Below are positions 11,033 to 22,551 of a stretch of DNA of 64,000 nucleotides, piece by piece. Each line of letters opens with the position of its first letter. Position 1 is the stretch's first letter. The DNA is from an uncultured cyanobacterium (GTDB lineage Bacteria; Cyanobacteriota; Cyanobacteriia; Cyanobacteriales; Cyanobacteriaceae), in the NCBI GenBank assembly GCA_963749915.1, contig CAVVOP010000020.1, positions 219,481-283,480 on the forward strand. Reading direction: 5' to 3'. The notes under the pieces are model-generated. The model ran no database searches, had not been told where the DNA came from, and worked only from the letters and a program-made list of their open reading frames with translations. The translations under genes were made by a program, and so were the position numbers.

Positions 11033-11692
11033 CTATAAGACTCCTTTAGAACTAGGGATTTCGTGGATACGACGAGCATCTATTTCTAAAGCCATACGCA
11101 TGGCTCTAGCAAAGGCTTTAAAAGTTGCTTCGATGATATGATGGGAGTTGATACCCTCTAATTGACGAATATGTAAAGTAATTTGGCTATGATTGACTAA
11201 AGCCACAAAAAATTCTCTCACTAATTGGGTGTCATAGTTACCAACTCTTTGGGTGGGTATGTCTAAACCATAGCTTAAATGTGGTCTTCCTGAAAAATCA
11301 AGGGCGACTTGGATTAGGGCTTCATCTAAAGGGGCCACAAAATGCCCAAAACGATGGATTCCTTTTCGATTACCTACGGCTTGGGCGATGGCCTGTCCCA
11401 ATGTAATCGCCACATCTTCATTCGTATGGTGATCATCAATTTCGATATCTCCTTTGGCTTGAATATCTAAATCTAATAAGCCATGAGAACAAATTTGGTG
11501 TAACATATGATCGAGAAAAGGAATGCCTGTATTAACATTACATTTTCCTTCCCCATCAAGGTCAATTTGTACTTGAATATCTGTTTCTTTGGTGGTGCGG
11601 CTGATAGAGGCAACACGGCTTTGATGGGCTATAGATTCTAAATTAGTGGGTAAAGTAGTGATAACTGACATTTGAATGTGTTTAAAAATCAA
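11033..11692 (-). CDS. hisB: Imidazoleglycerol-phosphate dehydratase
   Basis: [31 protein letters not shown]. Confidence 0.95.
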   Translation of the reverse strand: MIFKHIQMSVITTLPTNLESIAHQSRVASISRTTKETDIQVQIDLDGEGKCNVNTGIPFLDHMLHQICSHGLLDLDIQAKGDIEIDDHHTNEDVAITLGQAIAQAVGNRKGIHRFGHFVAPLDEALIQVALDFSGRPHLSYGLDIPTQRVGNYDTQLVREFFVALVNHSQITLHIRQLEGINSHHIIEATFKAFARAMRMALEIDARRIHEIPSSKGVL

Positions 11693-11864
11693 TAATTATG
11701 TCTCAAGATATATCTATCATACTCGTTTTTCAACTGAGAGCAATTCTAGCAGGATCAACTGGTAACTGGAGTCAATTTTCTGAAGTTAAGAAAAAATAAT
11801 CACTTCTTTTTTGAACTTGTTATGCTTTAGATAGATAAGAATATGACGATTTTAATTTAGGGAG

Positions 11865-12275
11865 ATGTTTTATATTATGACTGCACAAGCTGATGAAAAA
11901 CAATTAGTTAATGAATCTGATGCTGATGGAAACCAAAATTTTATTGATAAATTAAAAGTTTTTTTCGCTAGTTGGCGGTTTAAACTTACGGCGGTGATTG
12001 CTATGTTGATAATGACTGTCTTACTGGTTTTTTATTGGCAACACTTAATTGCGGGGATAGGCATGCGGATTTGGGCTAATCATGCTGAGGCAAAGGCGAT
12101 CGATTGTATGGTAAGGGATACTAATAATGATGAGTATATTAGTTGTACGGCAATGATCAACGATCAGATTGTGCCTTTGGAATGTAGCACAAGTATTTTA
12201 AATATTGGTTGTCGGGTGAATTATGGTAGTGCTTCTCCTTCTTTGAAAAATTTGGGGGTGAAGGGAAGTCGTTAA
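11865..12275 (+). CDS. Hypothetical single-TM protein with Cys-containing C-terminal domain
   Basis: 136-aa ORF, one hydrophobic helix, four Cys. Confidence 0.7.
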   Translation: MFYIMTAQADEKQLVNESDADGNQNFIDKLKVFFASWRFKLTAVIAMLIMTVLLVFYWQHLIAGIGMRIWANHAEAKAIDCMVRDTNNDEYISCTAMINDQIVPLECSTSILNIGCRVNYGSASPSLKNLGVKGSR

Positions 12276-12279
12276 TTCT

Positions 12280-12489
12280 TTATTTACTTTTGACGTAAGC
12301 AATAGCTTGTGTCCAAATTAGGATTTGCTCTTTTTCACGATTCTGAAGGCAGAAACAGTTTTGATCTTGCCAAAGAATTATGCCTTCTTCGTTTTCACTG
12401 GTTATTAAGCCAATTTCTATGGTAGTTTTATTTTTTATAAAGTTTTGTATTTGTCGTACACTAGGAGAGCCGGTGTTAAATGCGCTCAT
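12280..12489 (-). CDS. hfq: Cyanobacterial Hfq homolog
   Basis: FNTGSPSVRQIQ...GIILWQD...LIWTQAIAYV; divergent from dapF as usual in cyanobacteria. Confidence 0.85.
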   Translation of the reverse strand: MSAFNTGSPSVRQIQNFIKNKTTIEIGLITSENEEGIILWQDQNCFCLQNREKEQILIWTQAIAYVKSK

Positions 12490-12525
12490 AATTATAAGTT
12501 TAAGTTATTGCTTTTTATTTAGGAT

Positions 12526-13410
12526 TTGACTATGACTTTGAAGTTTAGCAAATATCATGGACTTGGTAATGATTTTATTTTAATTGATAATTTGGCTTCT
12601 CCTGATCCTCTTCTTTCTCCTAATGAGGCGGTTAAATTATGCGATCGCCATTTTGGTGTTGGTGCTGATGGGGTGATTTTTGTCTTACCGGCAAAGAATG
12701 GTCTTGATTATAGTATGCGCATTTTTAATTCTGATGGATCTGAGCCAGAAATGTGCGGTAATGGGATTCGCTGTTTTGCTCAATTTATCACAGAGTTAGA
12801 AGGAATTGAACGAGTTGGAAAAACTTATACCATTAATACTCTAGCCGGGTTAATTTGTCCGACCATTAAGGGTAATGGACAAGTCAAGGTAGATATGGGT
12901 GAACCACAATTATTAGCACAACAAATCCCCACTACTTTGGGGGAAAAAGAGGGAAAGGTCATTAATCAATTACTGGTCGTTGATGATACTGAGTATTTTG
13001 TCACTTGTGTTAGTATGGGCAATCCCCATTGTTTGGTGTTTGTGGATGATATAGATAGTGTGGATTTACCGAAAATTGGTTCTTTGTTTGAGAATAATAA
13101 TTGTTTTCCTCAAAGAACGAATACTGAGTTTATACAAATTATGGGTTCCGATTATGTGAAAATGAAGGTATGGGAAAGAGGTGCAGGTATTACGTTAGCC
13201 TGTGGTACTGGTGCTTGTGCTACTGTAGTTGCGGGAGTTTTAAATAATAAGTGCCATCGCATCACGACGGTGGAATTACCCGGAGGCTGTCTTGAGATAG
13301 AATGGTCAGAAAAAGATAACCATGTTTATATGACTGGACCTGCTACTAAAGTATTTTCTGGAGAACTTCCCACAAAAGTAATCCATGACCAAAATTTCCT
13401 CCTTAATTAG
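12526..13410 (+). CDS. dapF: Diaminopimelate epimerase
   Basis: [34 protein letters not shown]. Confidence 0.95.
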   Translation: MTMTLKFSKYHGLGNDFILIDNLASPDPLLSPNEAVKLCDRHFGVGADGVIFVLPAKNGLDYSMRIFNSDGSEPEMCGNGIRCFAQFITELEGIERVGKTYTINTLAGLICPTIKGNGQVKVDMGEPQLLAQQIPTTLGEKEGKVINQLLVVDDTEYFVTCVSMGNPHCLVFVDDIDSVDLPKIGSLFENNNCFPQRTNTEFIQIMGSDYVKMKVWERGAGITLACGTGACATVVAGVLNNKCHRITTVELPGGCLEIEWSEKDNHVYMTGPATKVFSGELPTKVIHDQNFLLN

Positions 13411-13533
13411 GGTCTGCTGAATAAAACTTATAATTTTATCTTTGATTTAGTGGTGGGAGAATGCCAGTATATCTCTAAGAGGATGGTTGAAAAGGTTTAT
13501 ATACATTAACTATTCCCTTTGTTCAACATACAC
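13410..13533. mobile_element. Degenerate MITE-like element
   Basis: Imperfect TIR GGGTCTGCTGAATAAA ... TTTGTTCAACATACAC (12/16); CTTAAT present on both flanks. Confidence 0.4.
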
Positions 13534-13556
13534 CTTAATATATATATTATTGGCCA

Positions 13557-16520
13557 ATGAGAGTAACAGAAAGACCCAAATCAGTACAAAAAAAGAATTA
13601 CTATAAGCTTATTTTTACTATCATCGGGTTATTAATCTTATTGTACTTCGGCCTGGTAATTGTTAGTAAAATTTATGCTAATATTTTGTGGTTTAAAGAG
13701 GTTAATTATCTTAAAACTTTCTGGAATTATTCCCTCACCAAGTTGTTTTTATGGCTGATTACTTTTACAATTTCTATCTCTTTTTTATCGAGTAATTTAG
13801 CTATTGCAGAAAAGCAAAAACAACAACAGAAAAATTTTGCTACTTCTGATAAATCCTTTACAGATAAACAATATTCTCAATCCCCTGAATTAAAATTAAA
13901 ATACTTATTAGCGATTACCTTTAGTTTTTCTCTCTTGATTAGCATTAGCATCGTTTACTATACTGAAATTATTAGTAAAATCTATTCCGTCTCCCTTGAT
14001 TTACCAAATTTAAAATCCCCTATATCTAAACCGTTTCAATTAAGCATTTTTCAGGAGATAACCAATAATATTTCCCAAGAAGGTTGGCAGATTATATTAA
14101 TAATTATTTTTCTTAGCTTATTACTCTCAAAAACTAAGTTATGGTTAAAAATTATTGCTGTCTACTATAGTATTTTATTTGCCTTTATTTTAGCAGGTTA
14201 TTGGGGGACATTTTTACAATATATCAATAGTATCCCTTTGAATCATGAAGATCCTATTTTTCATCAAGACCTAAGTTTCTATCTTTTTAAAATTCCTTTT
14301 TTACAAATAATCAGCTCATTATTACAAGGTCTATTTATTTATACTATTGCAGCAGTTACATTAACTTATTTATTATCTAATAATAGTATTTCAGAAGGAA
14401 AATTTAGGGGGTTTTCCCGTTATCAATTAAGACATTTATATGGTTTAACAGGGTTATTAATGATCATTTTAGCGGTGATTCATTGGTTAAATCGTTACCT
14501 CCTTTTACTGTCTCCAGAAGGAGTTGTTTATGGTGCAGGTTTTACTGATATTCATATTAATTTACCGAGGGAAACCATTGCTAGTATTTATACTTTACTG
14601 ATGGCAATTTGGTTATTAATTAAATCTATTACTGGTTCAGGTAAACGGAATAGATATAATATTAAAAATAAGAATAAAACCATTCTTCCCTTTTCAGTTA
14701 TCCCTTTTATTTTATATTTTGGTTTATATTCTTTTGGGCTTTTATTAGGGGTTTTAGTACAAAATATGATTGTACAACCTAACGAATTAGCTTTAGAAAA
14801 ACCCTATATTGTCCATAATATCGAAGAAACAAGGGCGGCTTTTAATTTAAATAAAATTGAAGTAAAAACTTTTAATCCCGAAGGTAATTTAACAGTTAAA
14901 GATATCGAAAAAAATTATCTAACAATTGATAATATCCGTCTTTGGGATACTCGCCCTATTTTACAAGCCAATCGTCAATTACAACAAATTCGCCCTTATT
15001 ATGTATTTTATGATGCCGATATTGATCGGTATAACATTGAAGTAAAAGGAGATTCAGGAGGAAATCAGGCGATAAACAAACAAGTAATTATTGCGGGAAG
15101 GGAATTAGATTCTCAACTGTTACCATCTCAGGCACAAACTTGGGTAAACCAACACCTAGTCTATACTCATGGTTACGGCTTTACGATGTCTCCTGTTAAC
15201 CGAGTGGCTGACGGTGGCTTGCCCTACTATTTTATCAAGGATATTGGCACAGCAGAAGATCCCGGAGAATTAAATACTTCCTCGGAAGAGGTAAGAAAGA
15301 GTATTCCTATTTATCGCCCCCGCATTTATTTCGGTCAAGTTGCTCAAAACTATATAATGACAAATACAAAGGTACCTGAATTTGATTTTCCCAGCGGAGA
15401 AGAGAATGTTTATCACACCTATGATGGAAAAGGAGGGATTTATCTTAATTCCTTTAGGCGAAAATTTTTATTTTCCCTTTATTTGCGGGATTGGCGTATG
15501 TTATTAACCAATAACTTTACCCCCGAAACCCGTGTTTTGTTTCGGCGTAACCTTCGGGAAAGATTAGGAGCGATCGCCCCTTTTTTATATTATGATAGAG
15601 ATACTTATTTAGTCGCCGCAAAAGGCAATAACGAAGGTTCCAACCATTTATATTGGTTAATAGATGGTTATACCATCTCGGACCATTATCCCTACTCTGA
15701 TCCAGGAGGTAACAATTTTAACTATATCCGCAACTCCGTCAAAGTCTTAATTAATGCCGAACATGGGGACGTTACTTTTTACATTAGCGATGAAGATGAC
15801 CCCATTATACAGGTATGGACAAAAATCTTTCCAGAATTATTCCAGCCATTAAATGCCATGCCTGCGGATATTAAGGAACATATTCGCTACCCTATTGATT
15901 TCTTTGACACCCAATCCGAGAGACTGCTAACTTACCATGTAACTGATCCTCAAGTATTATATAACAGAGAAGACCAATGGCAAGTACCCGAAGAAATGTA
16001 TGGTAACGAGGCATTATCCGTGGAACCTTATTATTTAATCATGAAGTTGCCCATTGCTGACAAAGAAGAATTTATTCTGTTACATCCTTATACTCCCATT
16101 TCTCGCCCTAATTTAATCGCATGGTTAGCCGCTCGATCAGACGATGAAAATTATGGGAAACTGCTACTATATCAGTTTCCTAAACAAAGGTTAGTTTATG
16201 GTCCCGATCAAATAGAAGCCTTAATCAATCAGGATCCTATTATATCTGGTCAAATCTCTCTATGGGATCGACAAGGTTCAAAAGCAATACAAGGACACCT
16301 ATTAATCATACCTATTGAAGAATCTTTGTTATATGTAGAGCCGGTGTATCTCGAAGCAGACAAAAATAGTGTACCGACTTTAGCAAGGGTAATTGTGGTT
16401 TATGAGAATAAAATCGTTATGGCAGAGACATTAAGAAAAGCCTTGGATAAAATTTTCGGTGATCATCAACCAGATGATTCTTCCATTATTCGTTTTCTCC
16501 AAAATTCATCTATCAATTAG
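13557..16520 (+). CDS. UPF0182 family membrane protein
   Basis: DPIF..DLSFY, NIRLWD, YTHGYG, NYIRNSVK motifs; 987 aa. Confidence 0.92.
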   Translation: MRVTERPKSVQKKNYYKLIFTIIGLLILLYFGLVIVSKIYANILWFKEVNYLKTFWNYSLTKLFLWLITFTISISFLSSNLAIAEKQKQQQKNFATSDKSFTDKQYSQSPELKLKYLLAITFSFSLLISISIVYYTEIISKIYSVSLDLPNLKSPISKPFQLSIFQEITNNISQEGWQIILIIIFLSLLLSKTKLWLKIIAVYYSILFAFILAGYWGTFLQYINSIPLNHEDPIFHQDLSFYLFKIPFLQIISSLLQGLFIYTIAAVTLTYLLSNNSISEGKFRGFSRYQLRHLYGLTGLLMIILAVIHWLNRYLLLLSPEGVVYGAGFTDIHINLPRETIASIYTLLMAIWLLIKSITGSGKRNRYNIKNKNKTILPFSVIPFILYFGLYSFGLLLGVLVQNMIVQPNELALEKPYIVHNIEETRAAFNLNKIEVKTFNPEGNLTVKDIEKNYLTIDNIRLWDTRPILQANRQLQQIRPYYVFYDADIDRYNIEVKGDSGGNQAINKQVIIAGRELDSQLLPSQAQTWVNQHLVYTHGYGFTMSPVNRVADGGLPYYFIKDIGTAEDPGELNTSSEEVRKSIPIYRPRIYFGQVAQNYIMTNTKVPEFDFPSGEENVYHTYDGKGGIYLNSFRRKFLFSLYLRDWRMLLTNNFTPETRVLFRRNLRERLGAIAPFLYYDRDTYLVAAKGNNEGSNHLYWLIDGYTISDHYPYSDPGGNNFNYIRNSVKVLINAEHGDVTFYISDEDDPIIQVWTKIFPELFQPLNAMPADIKEHIRYPIDFFDTQSERLLTYHVTDPQVLYNREDQWQVPEEMYGNEALSVEPYYLIMKLPIADKEEFILLHPYTPISRPNLIAWLAARSDDENYGKLLLYQFPKQRLVYGPDQIEALINQDPIISGQISLWDRQGSKAIQGHLLIIPIEESLLYVEPVYLEADKNSVPTLARVIVVYENKIVMAETLRKALDKIFGDHQPDDSSIIRFLQNSSIN

Positions 16521-16632
16521 AAATAGCCTCTTAGTGTCAATTCCTGCACCGCGAAGCGGATCCCTCTGGGGTACTGCAAATTGGGTTGGGTTTTCCTAAG
16601 CAGTTAATGTTGATAAAATTATCCAGAAGATC

Positions 16633-17505
16633 CTAGATATGTATTGTATCATGAAACTTATCATATTCAATATATTTATTACCATTAGGTTCTGTACGAA
16701 CTACGTCTAAAAAGCGATGATTCCATTTGATGTCAGAAGCATAGTAAATATGACGTGCATAAATTGTTTGGGAGAGGGTCGCATCCAATCCCGTGAGGGT
16801 AATAAAAAGTTGGTATTCTCCTGTTAAAAAACTGTCTTCATCGAGAGAAAATAAATAGCTATTCTCATCAATGGAGTGCATGACTACCCATGTTAATGCT
16901 AAAAAAGGGCTTTCACTTCTAACTAAAGGTAAGTCATAAAGACGACGCATTTTATATCCTTCTGAGGTAGTTTCCTCAGGTAATAATAAGCTGACTCTTA
17001 CTTGTGCTTCCATAATCCAATTATTTCGTAAATTGGCAAGTCTAAACATTAAAGTGGGCTTATGATTATATTTGGAAATAACCGCTACGTTACTAAATAA
17101 AATCCTAGCAGTAGGGCGAGAAAATCTAGCAAACATTAAGCTAGTCGCTAAGGCAATTCCTAACAATCCAATTAACACTTCCATAGCTACTAAAATATTA
17201 GCGTAGAAAGTTTTCGGATACATCGCACCATAGCCAATGGTTGCCATAGTTTGGACACTGAAAGAAAAAGCATCTATAAAGGAATTAGGACGAGCATTCT
17301 CGATAACATTATCTCTTGCTAAATAGGCAAAAGCAAATATTATATTTATAATCAAATATGTAAGGGTAGTTAATCCTAAAAATTGAAGCCAAGTAATGGT
17401 TAACAAAAAATGATAAATATCGCTTTTATGAAAAAATATTTGCCCTAATTCTACAAATTTTTTACCTTTTTTTCTAACTATTAATAATGATTTCTTTTTT
17501 TTCAT
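16633..17505 (-). CDS. Inward-rectifier K+ channel (KirBac type)
   Basis: FSFSVQTMATIGYG filter, FARFSRP, PTLMFRLAN. Confidence 0.9.
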   Translation of the reverse strand: MKKKKSLLIVRKKGKKFVELGQIFFHKSDIYHFLLTITWLQFLGLTTLTYLIINIIFAFAYLARDNVIENARPNSFIDAFSFSVQTMATIGYGAMYPKTFYANILVAMEVLIGLLGIALATSLMFARFSRPTARILFSNVAVISKYNHKPTLMFRLANLRNNWIMEAQVRVSLLLPEETTSEGYKMRRLYDLPLVRSESPFLALTWVVMHSIDENSYLFSLDEDSFLTGEYQLFITLTGLDATLSQTIYARHIYYASDIKWNHRFLDVVRTEPNGNKYIEYDKFHDTIHI

Positions 17506-17522
17506 TTTCCATAGCCTTTTCT

Positions 17523-17567
17523 TTAATAATTAATTAATTAATAATTAATAATTAATAATTAATAATT
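17523..17567. repeat. AT-only short tandem repeat (TAATTAA-type heptamers)
   Basis: Direct reading; similar STRR-type heptamer runs near 25775, 31970, 34865 and 36545. Confidence 0.7.
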
Positions 17568-17641
17568 TTAAAATTTCTCCTAGTCTCCTATGTCTCCTAC
17601 CCCCATTCAAAATCTTAGGATTCCAATAGGATTACTATATA

Positions 17642-18913
17642 TTAACTTTTTAGGGAAGAAATACGGTGTCCGATGTCTCGGCGGTAATACATTCCCTCAA
17701 ATTTGATTTTTTCCACCGCCTGATAAGCCAAAGCAATGGCACTTTTAAAATCAGCACCTCGACTTGTCACCCCTAAAACCCTACCGCCATCAGTGAGAAT
17801 AGTTTGATCTACCAACTTAGTACCGGCATGAAATACTATTGAACCTTGCGTTTCCGCTTCAGGGATACCCGTAATTACTTTCCCTTTTTCATAACTACCT
17901 GGATAACCTCCGGCGGCAATAACGACACAAACACAACTACCTTTATGCCATTCCAAAGACGGTAAATCTACCAATCTTTGTTGTGCACAAGCCAATAATA
18001 CCTCTGCAAAAGGGGTTTTTAATATCGGTAACACTGCTTGAGTTTCAGGATCGCCAAAACGACAGTTGAACTCCAAAGTTTTCGGGTCGCCTTCGGGAGT
18101 AATCATCAATCCTGCATATAAGACCCCACGATAATCAATACCCCGTTTTTGTAATTCCCTCAAAGTCGGTTCTAAAATTTCTTTGGTAATGCGATCGCCT
18201 AATTCATCATTAACTAAAGGAGTGGGAGCGTAAGCACCCATGCCACCAGTATTAGCACCCATGTCACCTTCCCCAATTTGTTTATGATCTTGGGCGGGGA
18301 TTAGAGGACGAATTGTTACCCCATCCGTTAGAGCTAAAACGGACACTTCCTGACCTGTTAGAAACTCCTCGATGACCACCTTGCCGAAGTTTTGGGCAAA
18401 AAGTTCCTCCATCGCCTCCAAAGCCTTATCCTGACTCATCGCCACGATTACCCCTTTTCCTGCCGCCAATCCATCAGCCTTAACAACAATGGGTGCACCT
18501 TCTTGCAGAATATAATTTTTCGCCCCCTCTCGATCAGTAAAAGTTGCCGATTTAGCCGTAGGAATACCCCCAGCAATCATCAAATCCTTTGCCCATGACT
18601 TACTCGCCTCAATAGTCGCCCCTGCCTTATTTGGACCGAAAACTTTTATATTATGGGGTTGTAAATAATCGGTAATTCCCAAAGATAAAGGCAATTCTGG
18701 GCCTACTACCACTAAATCAATAGCCTTTTCCTGGATTAACTTTAAAATACCCTCAAAATCATCAACAGCGATCGCTATATTTTCACAATTTCTCAACACA
18801 GCAGTTCCACCATTACCCGGAGTACAAAAAACCCTTTCTACTCCATCAGATTGTAATATTTTCCATGCCAAAGCGTGTTCTCTACCGCCAGCACCGACAA
18901 CTAAAACTTTCAC
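17642..18913 (-). CDS. purD: Phosphoribosylamine--glycine ligase
   Basis: GAGGREHAL, KADGLAAGKGV, NTGGMGAY, EFNCRFGDPE. Confidence 0.96.
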   Translation of the reverse strand: MKVLVVGAGGREHALAWKILQSDGVERVFCTPGNGGTAVLRNCENIAIAVDDFEGILKLIQEKAIDLVVVGPELPLSLGITDYLQPHNIKVFGPNKAGATIEASKSWAKDLMIAGGIPTAKSATFTDREGAKNYILQEGAPIVVKADGLAAGKGVIVAMSQDKALEAMEELFAQNFGKVVIEEFLTGQEVSVLALTDGVTIRPLIPAQDHKQIGEGDMGANTGGMGAYAPTPLVNDELGDRITKEILEPTLRELQKRGIDYRGVLYAGLMITPEGDPKTLEFNCRFGDPETQAVLPILKTPFAEVLLACAQQRLVDLPSLEWHKGSCVCVVIAAGGYPGSYEKGKVITGIPEAETQGSIVFHAGTKLVDQTILTDGGRVLGVTSRGADFKSAIALAYQAVEKIKFEGMYYRRDIGHRISSLKS

Positions 18914-19028
18914 TGTTATCTCAAACCTCTTTCATGAATACCGCTGTTAATTGTAGCGGAAAACAATGGGTAAAAAGCAAAAGTAAAAATGAAAAATTAA
19001 TTCACTCTATCGTCAGGGCTAAATATTC

Positions 19029-20561
19029 TTAAAAAACTTTCCACCAACGGCGACTACCATCAGGGAAAACTGTATTCCAATTAATTTTGGCATTTTTTAA
19101 TTGTTGTTGATTAATTTTGGCATTTTTCAAATTAGCATCACATAAATTAGCATTATTTAAATTAGCATTGGTAAAATCAGCACTACCCAAATTTGCACTT
19201 TTAAAATCAGCATTCTCTAAATTACATTTTGCAAAATATCCTTGAATAGCATTAGCATCACTTAAATTGGCATTACTTAAATTCGCACCATAAAAATTGG
19301 CCTGAGACAAATTAGTATCTACCAAAATAATTCCTTCTAATTGACCATAACGAAAAAGACATTTATTCAACTTACTACCCTGTAAATTCAAACCTCGTAA
19401 ATCTTGATTACTAAAGTCTTTTTTACCGTTATTTAAAGCTGTTAAAAATTTATCTTTATCCCACTTCATTGAGAGATTTTTCTTCTGTGTATTACTACGC
19501 CTTCTTTGAATAGCTTTCTGGATTTTTTCAGTGGTAGAAGTGCTTTTGGTTACCTCTGTCTTACTATCGTCACCAATGCTAATTGCTAGTTGACTTAAAT
19601 CAATCTTATTCTTTTTGGAAATTTGATTGCCAAGAATATTTTGGCTTAAACTTTGTTGAAAAGGTTGAATATTAAGAGCTTCAATTAACTCATCAATGGT
19701 TTTATAACGTTCACGGGCATCTTGAGCTAACATTTTTTGAATAACTTTGATCAAACCACCGCTAATATTAATCTCTTCCTGCCAAAGTAACTGTCCTGTA
19801 TCGGGATCAATATCAAATTTTTTCGGTGATTTACCCGTAACCAAATAAACACAAGTTGCCCCTAAGGCATAAATATCACTGGAGTATATCGGACGCATCG
19901 CCAACTGTTCGGGGGGTGCATAGCCCATTGTCCCGACGGAAAACTTTGTTAAAGCCGTTTGTCCAAAGGTTTTCGCCAATTGAGTATTTACCTGATCTTT
20001 AACCGCTCCAAAATCAATTAATACTAATTTACCATCTTTTTTTTGTCTTAAGATATTAGCAGGTTTAATGTCTCGGTGAATAACTTTTTCTGAATGAAGA
20101 TATTTAAGAATAGGGGTAATTTCCTCCAAAAACCTCCTCAGGGAGATTTCTCCATAAACCCCTTGAGTTTTTATTTCACGCTGTAAATTTTCACCGTTAA
20201 TCAATTCTTGAATAAGATAAAATTTTCCCTGATCCGTAAAATAATTCATTAACTTCGGTATTTGAGGATGACTGATTTTACCTAAAGTTTTGGCTTCCCT
20301 CTCAAATAAACTAATAGCAACTTTTAGCCCTTGAGGATCATCCCCCATAGGGCGTAACTGTTTTACAACACATAAAGGATCACCTACTACTGTTAAATCT
20401 ACCCCAATAAAAGTTGCACCAAAACCACCTTTTCCTAACATTTTAATCACTCGATAGCGATTATTTAAAATTAGATTGGAATTACAAGTATAACACTTCT
20501 TCAATTTAGGATGATTTTTTGGTTGAGGACAATTAGGGTTAACACAGTAACTAATAATCAT
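19029..20561 (-). CDS. Ser/Thr protein kinase with 4-Cys N-terminus and C-terminal pentapeptide repeats (SpkB-like)
   Basis: YCVNPNC, GKGGFG, HRDIKPAN, DFG; A(N/D)LxxA repeats. Confidence 0.9.
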   Translation of the reverse strand: MIISYCVNPNCPQPKNHPKLKKCYTCNSNLILNNRYRVIKMLGKGGFGATFIGVDLTVVGDPLCVVKQLRPMGDDPQGLKVAISLFEREAKTLGKISHPQIPKLMNYFTDQGKFYLIQELINGENLQREIKTQGVYGEISLRRFLEEITPILKYLHSEKVIHRDIKPANILRQKKDGKLVLIDFGAVKDQVNTQLAKTFGQTALTKFSVGTMGYAPPEQLAMRPIYSSDIYALGATCVYLVTGKSPKKFDIDPDTGQLLWQEEINISGGLIKVIQKMLAQDARERYKTIDELIEALNIQPFQQSLSQNILGNQISKKNKIDLSQLAISIGDDSKTEVTKSTSTTEKIQKAIQRRRSNTQKKNLSMKWDKDKFLTALNNGKKDFSNQDLRGLNLQGSKLNKCLFRYGQLEGIILVDTNLSQANFYGANLSNANLSDANAIQGYFAKCNLENADFKSANLGSADFTNANLNNANLCDANLKNAKINQQQLKNAKINWNTVFPDGSRRWWKVF

Positions 20562-20773
20562 TATTTTGCGATCGATTGTTGTGGGGTCAATAATAAAAGT
20601 TCGGATTTTTAAGGATAAGTAATAAATGTTCCCTGTTATCTATTGCTTATAATATCAAATCTGGTTGACTGGTCATAATTATGATCCCATTAAATTAGGA
20701 ATTGGAGGCAATTTTCATTACTGGTATTTAACCAGATTTGACATTAGCGATTGTTTTCTTCATTGTTCATTGC

Positions 20774-22297
20774 CTACAGCCATCGTCTCTTACCGTTGGG
20801 GAAAATAGTGCGCCAATTGACTTTCGCAGTTTTGAGTTGTTCGTCATCGATTTTTGCACCTTTAAGATTTGCCCCGATTAAATTAGCTTCTTTTAAAATA
20901 GCATTATTAAGATTGGCGTTCGTTAAATCTGCACCTTGTAAATCAGCATTTTTCAAATTGGCTTTATATAATTCTGCCCGTCTTAAATTAGCTTCTTTAA
21001 GATTTGCCTGTGCCAAATTAGCATTATAAAAATTAGTACGATAAAGATTCGCTTTTTGTAAATTAGTGCCGATTAATTTGCTTTGGGAAAAACTGGCCCC
21101 AGATAACTTTAAACCTTGTAAATCTAATTCGTTTAACATCTGTTGACTAAAGTTACGATCTCCCTGACGATAAGATTGAATAACGATTTCTCGGGTTAAT
21201 TCTAATTTAGGCTGACTCGGAGGCACAGTATTTGCAAGATTTTTAGATGATGAAGTATTTGCACTTAACTTTTCCTTTCGTTTTCTAATAGCATCCGCCA
21301 AATTCTGAGAAGTAGGATCAACAATCTTTATATCTTTATCCTCATCCGTGGAATCTTTACCCATACTTAAATTAACCATATTTTCGGCTAACTCTTGTTC
21401 ATAGGGAACTAACTCTAAGGCTTTAATGACTTCATCCGCTGAGGCAAAACGTTTACGCACATCTAATTCAAGCATTTTATTCAAAACCCTAGCAAAAGTA
21501 GCACTAACGTTAGTTTGTTTTTCCCATGCCAATTCTCCCGTTCTGTCATCACATAAATCCTTAGGTGCTTTTCCTGTCAATAGGAAAAGACAAGTTGCGG
21601 CTAAAGCGTAAATATCACTAGAATATACTGGACGCATGGCCAATTGTTCCGGCGGTGCAAATCCCATGGTACCGACAGAAATTTTCGTAAAGGCACTTAG
21701 GGGATTTTGGTTCATTAATTGAGTGTTAGCCTGTTCTTTTACTGCTCCAAAATCTATTAAAAATAGTTTGTCAGTTTCCTTTTCCCGCAGGATATTTCCG
21801 GGCTTAATATCTCTATGGATTACTTTTTGATCATGAATATATTTTAATACCGGTAAAATATTACGCAGAAACTCTTTCGCCGAACTTTCTTGATAAATTC
21901 CACCTTTTTTGATCTCTTTTTCTAAATCTTTACCCAAAACAAAATTTTGAATTAAATAAAATTGTTCGTTTTCCTCAAAGTAATCCAATAATTTCGGTAT
22001 TTGAGGGTGATCTAATTTCGCAAGAGTTTTGGCTTCCCTAGCAAATAAATCTAAGGCTGTGCGGTGAGATTCGGGATTGGCAGTGGCAAGTTCGAGTTGT
22101 TTTACCACACAATAACAATTTTTTTGTCCCATATCTACGGCTAGATAAGTTGTCCCAAAACCACCCCTACCAATTTTTTTGACAGCCACATAGCGTTTAT
22201 GAAGTATTAAATTCGACTGACAACTTCGACATTTTTTAGTTTTCGTATCATTTTTGGGATCCTCACAATGGGGGTTTAGGCAATAAATAAGGCTCAT
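20774..22297 (-). CDS. Ser/Thr protein kinase with pentapeptide repeats (paralog of the adjacent gene)
   Basis: YCLNPHC, GRGGFG, HRDIKPGN, DFG; pentapeptide repeats. Confidence 0.9.
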   Translation of the reverse strand: MSLIYCLNPHCEDPKNDTKTKKCRSCQSNLILHKRYVAVKKIGRGGFGTTYLAVDMGQKNCYCVVKQLELATANPESHRTALDLFAREAKTLAKLDHPQIPKLLDYFEENEQFYLIQNFVLGKDLEKEIKKGGIYQESSAKEFLRNILPVLKYIHDQKVIHRDIKPGNILREKETDKLFLIDFGAVKEQANTQLMNQNPLSAFTKISVGTMGFAPPEQLAMRPVYSSDIYALAATCLFLLTGKAPKDLCDDRTGELAWEKQTNVSATFARVLNKMLELDVRKRFASADEVIKALELVPYEQELAENMVNLSMGKDSTDEDKDIKIVDPTSQNLADAIRKRKEKLSANTSSSKNLANTVPPSQPKLELTREIVIQSYRQGDRNFSQQMLNELDLQGLKLSGASFSQSKLIGTNLQKANLYRTNFYNANLAQANLKEANLRRAELYKANLKNADLQGADLTNANLNNAILKEANLIGANLKGAKIDDEQLKTAKVNWRTIFPNGKRRWL

Positions 22298-22409
22298 CCA
22301 CTCTCGTTTCTCCAGTGAGTTAATTTTGATTGATTATTAATCTAGGCAAGTAACTATAGTTTATCGTAATTTTTCAAGACCAAGAATAACTTTACCAAAA
22401 CTTTATTTA

Positions 22410-22423
22410 GTAACTGATGTTAC
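22410..22423. promoter_or_regulatory. Possible NtcA box
   Basis: GTA-ACTGATGT-TAC perfect consensus in a divergent intergenic region; no -10 at canonical spacing. Confidence 0.4.
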
Positions 22424-22551
22424 GCCGCTTTGAATAGCTGTAGGTCATTCATGGCCTCTCGAAGGGCTTTTACCCGGAATCTTGTTCCAGCAAATTGGGT
22501 TAACATTATCATAAAATAAGAATTATTTATTGCAGAGAAAATAGGATAAAT

